A DNA stretch of 63,680 nucleotides, the filler included, from Octopus bimaculoides (taxonomy: Eukaryota): NCBI RefSeq assembly GCF_001194135.2. It is 6 parts of 6 records of this genome, joined end to end, with 100 filler letters (N's around TTAATTAATTAA, not from the genome) between each part and the next. Parts side by side here need not be neighbours in the genome. Positions count along the whole stretch, not along the records: positions 6,415 to 34,198 come from NC_068981.1; 5 more parts are not named here. One strand, 5' to 3'. Shown one piece after another: positions 12,564-25,125 of this stretch. A model generated the notes under the pieces. The model saw only the letters and a list, made by a program, of their open reading frames with translations, did not search any database and was not told the origin of the DNA. A program made the translations under genes and the position numbers. Each line of letters starts with the position of its first letter. The stretch's first letter is position 1.

Positions 12564-14678
12564 GTGGAATTTCTCGGCATGATGTCACTAACAGTCAACC
12601 AAACAGCCCTACAGGTGGCATTCCTTCCACTAGTAATGCCATCACATCCACATCAACGTTAGGTAATAACAGTAGTAATAACAACAGTATTCATCAACAC
12701 CGTAATAATTTTAATCAGCATCACCATCATCATCATCAACTTGGTCCACAATCATCAAGTCATCGCAACTCAGTTGGTATCAATGTTCCTGCATACAGTC
12801 AGATGGATTACTTTGAGACTTTGGCCTCATCTCGTCCAACGTATCCTGGAATGATATCCAGCACAGTTCGTGCTTGTCCCTCTTGTGAAAGCACCAGAGG
12901 TGGCTGTGTAGGTAACCCAATGGTTATTCCGTCCTCCAGTACTGCTACAGCAGGTTCTAATCAACATAACTCCAGTTTCTACATGAGCACAAGCATCAAT
13001 CCACAACCTCGTTCACATTTTCTTCACTCATTCCAAAACCGTACTTCTGGTCTAGATTATACTCATGCGCTTCAAAGGGCACTTTACCTTGCTAAATCAT
13101 ATAATCGCCATACTACCAATGCATCTAAGACATCTGCTTCCCCTACTACTAATGCTACATCCAAAGAAATAAATGTTACTTCTAAAACAACCTCATCAAT
13201 AGTGCCACATTCATTCCAATTAAGTACTACCACTTCCAGTTCTGACAATATCTATAGTAATTCCCCTCTGATTTTGGGTCGAACACGCTTTTATCCTTCC
13301 CAAAAACTCAATGCATGTGAAAGTGACCCTGAGTATTCTAGTAGTAAAAATAACATAAGCACAGTAGCAACATGTGGTAGCTGGAGCTCGGACCAAAACC
13401 CTAGTAATGAAAGTCTCCAGTGCAACTGTTGCCGTCGCATGAGTGATTCTACATATATTGATAGTAACCAAAGTACCTATGGTAGCACTGACATCAAGGA
13501 TCCTAGTGATGTAAGCAGTTATGATTCAAATGTATATCGGAGTGAGACACCAGAGAGTGTAAAAGTAGACCAGGCCAATGTTGCTTCATTACAAAGAAAG
13601 CATGCATCTTATTTATCAAGTGCATACCATCAGCGGCAACATCAACATATTCGTAGAAAAAGAGATAACTATTCTTTGCACACCAAGACAGCTGAGTACC
13701 ATTTGGACTATAGCAGTAGTAGTGACACATCTGTTGGTAGCCAACTAACTGCTCATGATGGTATCAACCCAACACGCAAAATATCTTCTTGTAACCTTAG
13801 TGAAGCTTCATCAGAACATTCACTGAGTCAGTTATCGGCCATATCTGGTAGCGATGAAAGTTTCTCTTCAGAAACTAGTCACATTCTTGCTCAGACGAGT
13901 TGTGTTCCTTCTGTAACAACTAAAACAACATCAGTATCTGTGAAATCATCTTCCTGCAAGCCCAGTGCCAAAGAAGAATTAATGAAAATTAGCAACACTG
14001 TGATAAAACCTTTTAATGACACTCATTCAAATACACCTGATTGCCATGAGAGCAAGCTGCCAAAGCAATTTCCAAACCCTCATTCCCGACATAAAAACAC
14101 ACGACGACACAGCTCTGTTTTTCATAACCGTCATTCTGTCCCTTCTCTACGAAATAAATTAAAAACTTGTGGACTTCCTCTTCCACCTTCAGCAGCAATA
14201 GTCAGTCCTCTGACTGGAGTCTTAACTGGATTACGCCGAGGTGAAGAAATATGGGAGCACTACAGACTCTCTAAAGGCCGAGGCCAGTCTAGCACTAGTA
14301 ATTCATCATCTCCATTACATCACACTCTGCCATCAGTCAGGTCATCACAACTCAAAATGAAAACTGAAAACATAATCTCCCCTCCTCAATCATTAGCCTC
14401 TATACCTCCTCAGTTATCAGCCTCTTCCAAACAATCTGAAGATACAAATCCTTCCCTCTCTGTACTATCCCCATCCACTTCAAGATTTTTGTCCTATGAT
14501 CAAAAATCTTTGTATCCCACCACCACCATTACTACCTCTTCCTCTACAACAACAACAACTGCTGGCTGCAGACCTGGTTTTTCACATGAACGTGCATGTC
14601 CATGCTGTAATAATCAAAAGTTTAATGTACCCAATTCTAACCCTCGGAGATCAATGGTGCTATTTACTGAACATCAAG
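12564..14678 (+). CDS. ZNRF3: ZNRF3/RNF43-like E3 ligase, giant Ser/Thr/His-rich cytoplasmic-tail exon, phase 1/1
   Basis: Polypyrimidine tract and AG at 12562-63; 2115-bp open frame, in phase with the previous exon and containing the 645-aa ORF; donor CAAG|GTAAGT at 14679. Includes an SNQ..YGS..SSYD..VYRS motif. Confidence 0.9.
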
Positions 14679-15325
14679 GTAAGTCAGATTTCAGATTCTT
14701 AGCTTTCCATAAATATCCAGAATTACTATGTCTAATATAATGATACCTCACTAAATCTGTCATGATATAGTTATTATTATAAGTTACTGTGCAGATGATC
14801 CAGATTTGATCTCATAGTTTACTTTGCTACTCTAGCTTCTTCATTCATAGTACATCTTAATTTTTAATGCTGATTGAGCACTAGTGCTCTGTGTTAGTTC
14901 AATTGATGCATCCCATGGTGTTCCTGGTTAAATCGCTTTGTTTGAGATTCTGACTTGTCTTCTTATCGTATGGCACATATCCTGTTGTTAACTGCAGTGA
15001 GCAATGTGTATATATTTATATCAGTACTAAGGTGATTTGTAAGGTGATTTTTACACACTTAAAAAATATTCTGTGAATGGTATATACATTTAAATTTTGG
15101 TTTGCAATTAAAATTCTTCATTTATTGCATTAATTACTTTTTATAAACCACTAAAACTATTGTCTGTTAATGTTACTTATTTTAAAATTATGATTAGAAA
15201 AACATGATTAGTTTAAGTGAAATTTTGTAATAACTAGATTGGAATTAACAATCGATTTGTCTTCAATAATGTATTTGTTAAAATAGTTGCATTACTGATT
15301 ATTCTCTGTTGTCTTTTTGTCACAG

Positions 15326-15387
15326 GTACAATTGTCACACTACCTTTAGAAGAAGAAGAAAATTATGCTCCTTCAAATGCAGTATAA
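15326..15387 (+). CDS. ZNRF3: ZNRF3/RNF43-like E3 ligase, terminal coding exon (..GTIVTLPLEEEENYAPSNAV*)
   Basis: ctttttgtcacAG acceptor; phase 1 matches the preceding donor; TAA at 15385-15387, followed by AT-rich UTR-like sequence with AATAAA motifs. Confidence 0.78.
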
Positions 15388-18300
15388 AGGAGATCAGAGG
15401 ACACTAGATAAAAATGAAGAGATGAAAATGGCAAAAATATTAAAAGACAGAAAATTGATTACTGATTGTCAATATTTGACTGATGTTTTTTTAGCGTGTT
15501 TAATGAACACACAGCTAAATTGTAACATTCTTTGACAAAATTTTACTAATATCTGACCATAATTCTGTTGTAAGGATTATTAAATTGTTTATAAGAATAA
15601 ACTATGTGTGTATGTATACATACATGCACACATGTGTGTATATATGATTTATACGAAAGGCTTTTAAATGAAAACTGCAAAAGTGGTATAAAATGTATTT
15701 GATTTTCAATCCTCAGTTAAATGATATTGAACCTTGAATCCTACAATTATTTTCCCAAAATATTTATAACTAGCAGTATGAAAATTTCATAGAACTATGT
15801 GAGAAATATGTGAGTTTATTATCTGTTAGCTTTTGCAGTTTTCTTTTGAATGTTTCCTTGTGTACAAAGTAAAATATTTAGGAAGATGAATTAAAAATAA
15901 ATATTTAAAAAAAAGGTTACTTCTCACTCTTGTTTAACCTAATATAGTGATCAAAATTTCAGCTTAGTTTATTTATATTTTCATTATAGTATCTATGTAA
16001 CTTATATTCTTTTCCACAAATTTAAATAAAACATTATTTTTTTCAGATTAACATTGTTATTCTTATCACCAATATTGTTGTCCTTTATATTTGTATCATC
16101 ATCATTAGTAAAGCTAAAAATTTATTCGTGGTTTAGGTACAAATTTGGATATTATTCATCTTAAGTTGATAATAATTGTTACCTAATCTGTTTTAACAAT
16201 TAAATGGATTAGATTACAAAGATCCGTCAACTTGATAACATTTTGTTATTTTGGATAGATTCTTTTTGATTGGCTTCAGCAATATTGTACTCAGGGAATT
16301 TAATACTAAATGAATTCACTTAAGATATTTAAAGTTTTCCCAGATCTGTTCTGTCTTTGGGAAATATTTTATTTTCTCACCATTAAAAAATCTACATGAA
16401 CAATATGATTTATTCTAATGTTATTTATATAGAAATGAGAACTAAATAAAATATCAAAAATGTATATTAAATGTATATTTTCATACATAGTTGTATGTAA
16501 ATATATTGATTTTGAGTGAATGTATAGATGTGTGTATGCATGTATGTATAAAGAGGCCTACTTTATGGGCTTAAATTTATATATAAGTGCTATATGAATC
16601 AATTAAAAAGGAATATATAGAGCATGTAAATGAAAATATATAAATACAGAGTTATACATGAACAAATATATTTACTTCCAAGTATTTCTATTAAACATAT
16701 AAATTAAATAAATCACAGAATGTGTATTAGATTTTAAGAAATTTTTTTCAGTGCAACTAAAATAATATAGGGTTGGCTGTGAAGGCACAAAGGCTGTGAA
16801 GTTAGATGCTTGACTATTGAATATGCGGCTATCAATCCAAACACAGTTACAGCCATTGTGTTATGCTTCTAGGCATAGGCACATTACTGTCCTTGGCTCA
16901 GTCTGTCTAGCTGAAAACATGTGCCATTACCACTTCATAACTGAGTTGCTAGCATTAAAACAGCATCTAGCTGTAAAACCTTTTGTTTTAACATTTTATG
17001 GGCAAATAACCAAATTTGCAAATTCATCCTACATAAACTTTAAGGGAATAGAGTAAAAGAAAAATGCAACGTACCATCACTTTATTTTATAATACTGTCT
17101 CTTTATTTTCATCAAAGTCAATGGTTGCATTGATTTGCTACCTTTTTAGAAATTCCTTAACTATATTCATTCCTAAAGGGCATTATACAAATATTTTCTC
17201 CACCAATTACTAGAGAATACTAGTAACAATAAGATATGTTGCAGTAATAAAGATATAAAACATTAATGTTGTTTTTAATTAGATGTAATACTGAACCAGT
17301 TCCCAGTGTGTGAATATTATAAAGTTTTTATTATTTCAGCTCTAATTGTTTGACCATTTGCTCTTAAATTCTTTATTATGTTCAGAAATTACAAAATTTT
17401 GCTTAGTGTGCCCCAAATATTTCAAATATTTTCATGGATTTGATTATCATAATTAGTATGATTGATAAGATTGAAGGCAAATTTTTTTAATATTGCTACA
17501 GTATGAAAATTGATTGTTGTTAATAAAACATTAAAACATAGTATATCAAATGATAGTATTGGAATACCTGTGTTTTTTAAAAATTTTATCAGGCAAGCTT
17601 TGGAAATTATTGAAAGTTTCCACATATAGTTAATTTCTGATCCTATTTTATTTAATTGCAACTAATGTGTTCACACTATTCTTTAGATACAAGTCTTTAA
17701 GTTGTAAATTAAGTTGAGATGAAAAAAGAATACTGGTTTATATAAAACATTGGGAACTAAAGCTTTGTTTGTCATATTTAGTACTAATTATATGTTATTG
17801 GTGAAAGTACATTTTATTTTTATTTTCTTCATGTATGATTTATAGAACATGCTTCTATAACAATGAAAAGCGATCTTTCTGATGTTTACACTGAAATTTA
17901 TATAAACCAAAATATTAAGAAATAATCCATGAGGACATGGTTCTTGAAAGAAACATTGGGTTATTCCCAAACTAAGAGATATACCAATTACAAACTTGTC
18001 TTGTATTTACTTGCCCTAATTACATTAAAAAAAAATAAACAAAAATAATTCTTTTGTCTTCATGAGTTATAAAAACTGAAGCTCAAAAAATATATCTTCA
18101 GTTTCTTTCTCTTAAGTGCATACATATGTATATCCATACTTATATTGTGTTATTAATGATATACCTGTCTGACAATCTTTTATATGACCATTTCTGTGTC
18201 TGTGTCTGTTTTATCCTTGGAAAAGAGAGTATAGAGAAAAACAATTCTGAAACCAAATTATGTGGTGTAATCATATACAAAATTTTACACAATATTTCTG

Positions 18301-18494
18301 CTTAGATAATTTAGCATTTTAGGTTACATACATGATTTCCATGTAGCTAAAAAATGTGAATGGGTCAAACATTTATCTGCAGAGACTGAAACGATAGGTT
18401 CAAATATTTCAAACTGTTTTGTTTTGTTTTGTTTTGTTTATTGCATTAAAGCACTTGTCCCCATAAATACATACTTGCTAATATTAATCTTTAA

Positions 18495-18707
18495 CCCTTT
18501 TGATACCAAACCACCTGAGATTGCCTCTTGTTGCATAAATACAACTTCCTAATTTAAAGTGATTTAAATTAAAACCTAAATTTCATGTTAATTTATGTTT
18601 AAAATACCAGGTTAATAATGACAGTTATTTTACTAAATTCTTCATTATTTTACAAAATTAAACTAAAACAAAGACTGGATTTTAATGGAATTATTGTAAC
18701 AAAGGGG
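18495..18707. mobile_element. piggyBac-like MITE with TTAA target duplication
   Basis: TTAA|CCCTTTTGATAC ... GTAACAAAGGGG|TTAA; TIRs 10/12 identical; TTAA at 18491-94 and 18708-11. Confidence 0.78.
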
Positions 18708-19026
18708 TTAAACTGCTTCAACAGTAAATTTGATGTGATGTGTTCTCATCGATTTTTAAAAAATGTGGTTCATAAAAACCTGTTTTGAATCAGCTAGAAG
18801 TTTAATTGTGAAATTGCAGTTTTATATAATAGAGAGGTAAGTTAGAAACTTCTATTCATTGGTTTGGTTCCTTTTATATTTCAATGTTCAATTCCTGATG
18901 GATTTATTTTCTGAGTTTCAGTTATCTGATGATGGTTCAATAAAATAACTAGAAGTGATACTGTAATTCTTGAAAGTACTAATGTATGCCTTTATATGCA
19001 CACACAAGGGTGTGAGTGTATATATA

Positions 19027-20388
19027 TCTATACTATATATAAAACAGAGATGTGTGTGTAATCGCTTTTCACGTGAAATCGACTTCACCAAATGCTTCCA
19101 TACTTGTAATGCATGAATAATTTGACCTCGGATAAATCTTAGGCTCTTCATTTGATTTTTTTAATTAAAAATAAATAATATTGCTTTATATTTAAGATTC
19201 ACTTCTTTAAAAAGGTTCCTCAATATCAACTTCCGGTATTGACGTAACAACGGCAAAAAGCTTCACTCTCTATTTTGTGTGTGAGTGTGTGTGTTTGAGA
19301 GAGAGTAAATACTACATACACACCGCTCTCTCACTCTGTCTCACACACATACACACGCACACACACACACACACACACCTTGACTCACTCACACTCTGTC
19401 TCTTACAAACACACACATACATAAATGTATACAAACATATTTACAGACACATGTGTGTATGCGCACGCGTGCGTGTTTGTAAGAGACAGAGTGTGAGTGA
19501 ATCAAGGGCTGTGTTGTCATATGCATACACCCAAAGATGTATGTATATTTATGCATGTACGTATACATGACAACAAACCTCTCTCTCTCACTCTCACTCT
19601 ATCTCTTACAAACACACACATACATAAAAGTATACAAACATATTTACAAAGACATACGTGTGTATGCACGCGCTCCGGTATTGATGTAACAACGGCAAAA
19701 AGCTTCACTCTATTTTGTGTGTTCGTGTGTATGTGAGAGAGTGAGTAAATACTACATACACACCGCTCTCTCACTCTGTCTCACACACATACACATGCAC
19801 ACACACACCCCTTGACTCACTCACACTCTGTCTCTTACAAACACACACATACATAAATGTATACAAACATATTTACAAAGACACGTGTGTATGAGCACGC
19901 GTGCGTGTTTGTAAGAGACAGAGTGTGAGTGAGTCAAGGGCTGTGTTGTCATATGCATACATCCAAAGATGTATGTATATTTATGCATGTACGTATACAT
20001 GACAACAAACCTCTCTCTCTCACTCACACTCTGTCTCTTACAAACACACACATATATAAATGTATACAAACATATTTACAAACACACACGTTAAATGCGC
20101 GCACTTCCACAATCGCCATTTATTTCAATTACTCTTGTGAGGATATTCACGTAAATCATTTTTTTCATTTAATCCCCATTTTAATTTTCGTAAAAGTTTT
20201 CAAGTACCAATGAGGCTTTTTGGCACATCTTCAATTTTCCCCATTCATGAGAGGCACCCAGCCATCATTCATCTGAGAGTCCATCTACAGAATGTCCTCT
20301 CAAATTTCTATACAGCATATTTTGCCTTTTTTTCTTCAAGTATATAAGCAACAATTTCATTCCCGAGCAACGCCGGGTGCCTCTGCTA

Positions 20389-20389
<1 letters not shown>
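19027..20389 (+). mobile_element. Full-length non-autonomous Helitron with internal tandem duplication
   Basis: Starts A|TCTATACTATATATAAAA; ends with hairpin CCCGAGCAACGCCGGG (20362-20377), then CTAG|T (20386-20390). Inserted between A and T with no TSD. Confidence 0.88.
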
Positions 20390-20427
<38 letters not shown>

Positions 20428-21299
20428 TATAATATTTGTGAATAAATATATAGATATAATATTTGTAAACAAACTCAAAGGCTTTGTAAGTTACGGAGAT
20501 AGAGCGACTATGGAAGTCTCTTAGTAGAATAATTATATAATAATATATCATAATAATAATATATTCCAATTTAAAGCGACATTTTTGGGTGAGTGTTTGG
20601 CCCAATTGGATGCGCATGGAGCCGTGTTAATGTTGATATGTGGGTTTGATTCCAGCCTTGGTTAGCTCATCATTTTTTAATCAATTTATATAAAAAAATG
20701 TCACTTTAAATCGCACTATATATATTATTGTGTGTGTGTATATATATATGACCTTTACTTATACATACACTATAATAAAAGATGTAAACTAATTTTGGAT
20801 AGTATTGAGAAAAATTTAAATAAATAAGTGAAAACATCATAAAAGAAAACTGAAACTGGTTGTATTGTGATATAAACACATCTTAAAATTGTATCACAGT
20901 AGTTTAAGAGAATGATAGAAATAAAGAATTGGAACTCTTCAGTTTTGAAATATATATTACATACTAAATGGTGTCAAGAGGTAAGTTACTGTAAGTAATA
21001 ATCACCAGAAAATTAAGAGGACAAATAGTTAAATGTTTAAGAGAAAATGTTATAGTGCACATGTAAGAGTAACAGAAAATAAAGTGGACCAAAAATGAAA
21101 AAAATATATAACTGGATACATTTACACACACACACACTCAAAAAGGACTGAGGTGACAGGTGATTCACTGTGCCTGAGAAGACCTGTCCATCTCAGCAAA
21201 GAAATGTTTATGCTTATGTCCATCCCCCACACCCAATCTTTGCCTGTCAAGCTTTCCTCTACTCATCACACTAGAATGTATGCACGCATGTGTATATAT

Positions 21300-21540
21300 A
21301 GCCTCAGGCCAACTAAAGCCTTGTAAGTGGATTTGCTAGACAGAAACTGAAAGAAGCCCATCATGTGTATATATATATGTATGTGTGTTTGTCCCTCCTG
21401 TTATCACTTGACAACTGATACTGGTGTGTTTATGTCCCTGTAACTTGGCAGTTCGGCCGTGGGGTCGATTTCTTTGACTAAAACTTTTTGAGGCGGTGCT
21501 CCAGCTGGGCCACAGTCAAATGACTGAAACAAGTAAAAGA
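21300..21540 (+). mobile_element. SINE body and 3' tail (ggcggtgctccagc..gtcaaatgactgaaacaagtaaaaga family)
   Basis: The same tail recurs at 59750-59835 (-), 63515-63560 (+) and 63605-63680 (-). Confidence 0.7.
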
Positions 21541-21944
21541 ATATATATATATATTATCATTTAGTGACCATATTCCAATGAGGAAGATTAGGAAATGACT
21601 GCCCATGTCCAGTGCCAAAAGTGGTGGTTTGAAGAGCAGCAGATCAGTAAAGATGATACAGTAGACAGGGGAAGGGTAAGAGAGATACATGACATGTGGT
21701 TGGGTATGTTGCACAGAGATTGGGAGATGTGTGGTGGTGGAGGAGACAGATAATTTGGTGGCTCGAGGTTAATCAATGTAAAATGTCAGTGGAGAGAATA
21801 ATATTAAAGAGGGATATCAAGTGAAATGGTTATGGATAGTAAGGGAGATATCAAGGAAAAGGTGATATTAGAGAGGTGATGGGTGGCAGTGGTGTCTTGA
21901 GGAAATTGGGTGAAGAGCATGTTTGTGAATATGTATACACACAC

Positions 21945-22105
21945 GGTGCTTCCAGAACTCAGTTTTATTGAGGTAGGCAGATTTCAAGGACTGTACAGTG
22001 TTAGTCATCCTCTCCTTTGTCATCTCTTCTGTGAGGTTCAAGCTCCTGAGATTCAGCCTTCACTACTTCATCCCATGTCTTCCTGGGTCTCCCTCTATTA
22101 CAAGC
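21945..22105 (-). mobile_element. RTE-clade LINE 3' end fragment (second subfamily)
   Basis: Minus translation CNRGRPRKTWDEVVK.. parallels GRSRPRKTWDEVVR in the plus copy at about 23110. Confidence 0.75.
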
Positions 22106-22550
22106 TCATCAACATTAATTGAACAGCACTTCTTTATAGAGCTATCTTCATAGCAGTGCAGTCTTCCTTCTCGGATACTTCATCTAATTCCACTTACACT
22201 CTGTTTTTTGTACTAGCACATTTTTGTACAGCACATTTGTACTAGGTCGTTCATCACACACCATTACATGAATAAGTATACCTTCAGCCACACTTCGGCA
22301 TCTACCATTGACAAGACCAAGGAAGGCTGAAATCACATGATCTGGTAGTTTTAGCAGCAGAGATGGCAGTTGACTTATCTCCTGCTAACAATATAAACAA
22401 GAGTGCTTATATGCACCAAATGTGAAGCTCTCTCACAGTAACTATTGTAGTTTTCTGTGTTTTAACACAACATCCACTCTTAAATGGGGACAAATATTAC
22501 CATTTGGTGTTAATACTGCATCAACTGCTATTATATATATATATATATAT

Positions 22551-23825
22551 CAATATCAAAGGAAGGTTAACTAGGAAGTTAGTTTTGTATGTAGCAGATG
22601 TTCAGGAGCTATAAACACTGTAAATGTGCAGAAAACTTCTGCCACATTCCAGGGAGAAAAACTAGAAGTGGTTGATAGCTTCTGTTATCTAGGTGACCAA
22701 GTTAGTAGGGGGGGGGGTGCGCTGAAAGTGTAGCTGCTAGAATAAGAATAGCCTGGGCAAAGTTCAGAGAGCTCTTACCTCTGCTGGTGAGAAAGGGTCT
22801 CTCTCTCGGAGTAAAAGGCAGACTGTATGACGCATGTGTACGAACAGCCATGCTTCAGGGCAGTGAAACATGGGCCGTGACTGCTGAAGACATGCATAGG
22901 CTCACAAGGAATGAAGCCAGTATGCTCCGATGGATGTGTAATGTCAGTGTGCATATTAGACAGAGTGTAAGTACCTTGAGAGAAAAGTTGAACTTAAGAA
23001 GCATCAGTTGTGGTGTGCAAGAGAGACGATTGCGCTGGTATGGTCATGTGGCGAGAATCGATGAGGATAGCTTTGTGAAAAAGTACCACACCCTAGCAGT
23101 TGAGGGAACCTGTGGAAGAAGTAGGCCCAGGAAGACCTGGGATGAGGTGGTGAGGCATGACCTTCGAATATTGGGCCTCTCCGAGGCGATGACTTCTGAC
23201 CGAGACCTTTGGAAATATGCTGTGCGTGAGAAGACTTAGCAAGCCAAGTGAGACCTAAATCCAAGGCCTCTGCCAGGGATGTAGCCAGCCCACTTATGCG
23301 CACCCTTCCTTCATTGGACACTAAACTCCGGTTGCGAAGACCTGTTGAGGCAAGTGAAATTGAAATCGAACTAAATTTGACGACTGGCACCCATGCCAAC
23401 ATCGTCTCCTTCATTGGACACAAAACTCGGCTCGCGAAGATCTGTTGGGGCAAGCGAAAGTGAAATCGTGATGGCACCTGTGCCCAGCGTCGCCTTTCTA
23501 GCACTTGTGCCGGTGGCACGTGTAAAGACATTCGAGCGAGATCGTTGCCAGTGCCGCTGGACTGGCTCTTGTGCAGGTGGCACGTAAAATACACCATTTT
23601 GAGCGTGGCTGTTGCCAGTACCGCCTGACTGGCCTTCGTGCCGGTGGCATGTAAAAGCACCCACTACACTCTCGGAGTGGTTGGCGTTAGGAAGGGCATC
23701 CTTCTGTAGAAACTCTGCCAAATCAGATTGGAGCCTGGTATATAGCCATCTGGTTTCACCAGTCCTCAGTCAAATCATCCAACCCATGCTAGCATGGAAA
23801 GCGGACGTTAAACGATGATGATGAT
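22551..23825 (+). mobile_element. 5'-truncated RTE-clade LINE (end of PHD finger, RT thumb, long 3' UTR, (GAT)n tail), inserted in (TA)n
   Basis: NIKGRLTRKLVFVCSRC..SFCYLGD..ARIRIAWAKFRELLPLL..KGRLYDACVRTAMLQGSETWAV..RRLRWYGHVAR..RPRKTWDEVV..REKT*; tail acgttaaacgatgatgatgat. Confidence 0.93.
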
Positions 23826-24735
23826 ATATATATATAATACAATGTGCCAGAAGGACATAATACCCTGGCAATGCCAGGGTGCATTGCTAGTGATTGATAA
23901 AGCTAAACTATTATGGGAAAGAGAAAACATCTGAAAATCACTGATTTCTTCAAATTCTTCTTCAGAAATATAGTCAAAATTTTATTGGCAATTTTCTAAG
24001 TGAACGCCTGAATGACAAAACCATAAATTTTATATCACATTGTTTCTCCGGCATTTTACGCTGCAATCATGTATGGGATATCCAAAGGGAATTAGTTTAT
24101 ATTTTTAACACTTTCAAAGTTTACTCCACCTTCAACCGTACATAAATTTCATATCAGTATTCTTTTGTATAACTGATTTTTTCAATACCCAAGTCTAAAG
24201 AAAGTGGATATTAATTATTGATATGGACACCAAATAGTTAAAAAATCCTTGGAATTCATATTAATCGTGAAATGTATTACTTTTGTATTTCTTTTGTAAA
24301 TTTAAACACAAAGATAATGTACATTATTGTTACATATATGATCACAGAAAAGTTTAAATATAGTACTATTCCTTACATGTAGAATTGCGAGCCTTGTTAC
24401 TTACATAATTTGATCCGGTTTAGAACAGAACTGGTGAAATTTTTTAAATAATATTTTTAATACATTGCCTTTGTTACGTAATTTTCAAAATAATCCAGAA
24501 TCTCACTATAAATCTTTTTATTTGAAATTCAAATCGCATTTTAGTACTTTGAAATATTCAGGTACTCCATACATAATGTAATAATATTCAATACAGAGTT
24601 GTTTCCCTTCAATAGCATTTTAATTACAGTAGAGCAGCAGCTAAGATGTGTTACTTATATCTTCAACAAATTGCATCATAAATGGAAGCATAAACGGATC
24701 TAAATATTGAGTCTGGGCAAAAAATGCCCTAGATT

Positions 24736-25125
24736 GTTGTTGGCACTCCGTCGCTTACAACGTCGAGGGTTCCAGTTGATCCGATAAAACTGAGTTCTGG
24801 AAGCACTGCTCGCGAAATTAGCATGCAAGTGGCTGAGCACTCCACAGACACGTGTACCCTTAACGTAGTTCTCGGGGATATTCAGCGTGACACAGTGTGA
24901 CAAGGCTGACCCTTTGAATTACAGGCACAACAGAAACAGGATGTAAGAGTGAGAGAAAGTTGTGGTGGAAGAGTACAGTAGGGTTCACCACCATCCCCTG
25001 CCGGAGCCTCGTGGAGCTTTACGTGTTTTCGCTCAATAAACACTCACAACGTCCGGTCAGGGAATCGAAACCGTGATCCTATGACCGCAAGTCCGCTGCC
25101 CTAACCACTGGGCCATTGCGCCTCC
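24736..25125 (-). mobile_element. Full-length tRNA-derived SINE with 12-bp TSD
   Basis: Minus head ggaggcgcaatggcccagtggttagggcagcggac..ggtttcgattccc (A and B boxes). ATGCCCTAGATT is duplicated at 24724-24735 and 25126-25137. Confidence 0.93.

Noticed and set aside
14679-14740. ORF read-through GKSDFRFLAFHKYPELLCLI* past the donor
   Set aside because: A consensus CAAG|GTAAGT donor and a phase-matched downstream exon explain it; intron retention cannot be shown without RNA.
20590-20660. tRNA-like A/B-box sequence
   Set aside because: No cloverleaf; a decayed SINE head. The same applies to all other tRNA-like heads, so no tRNA gene is called.
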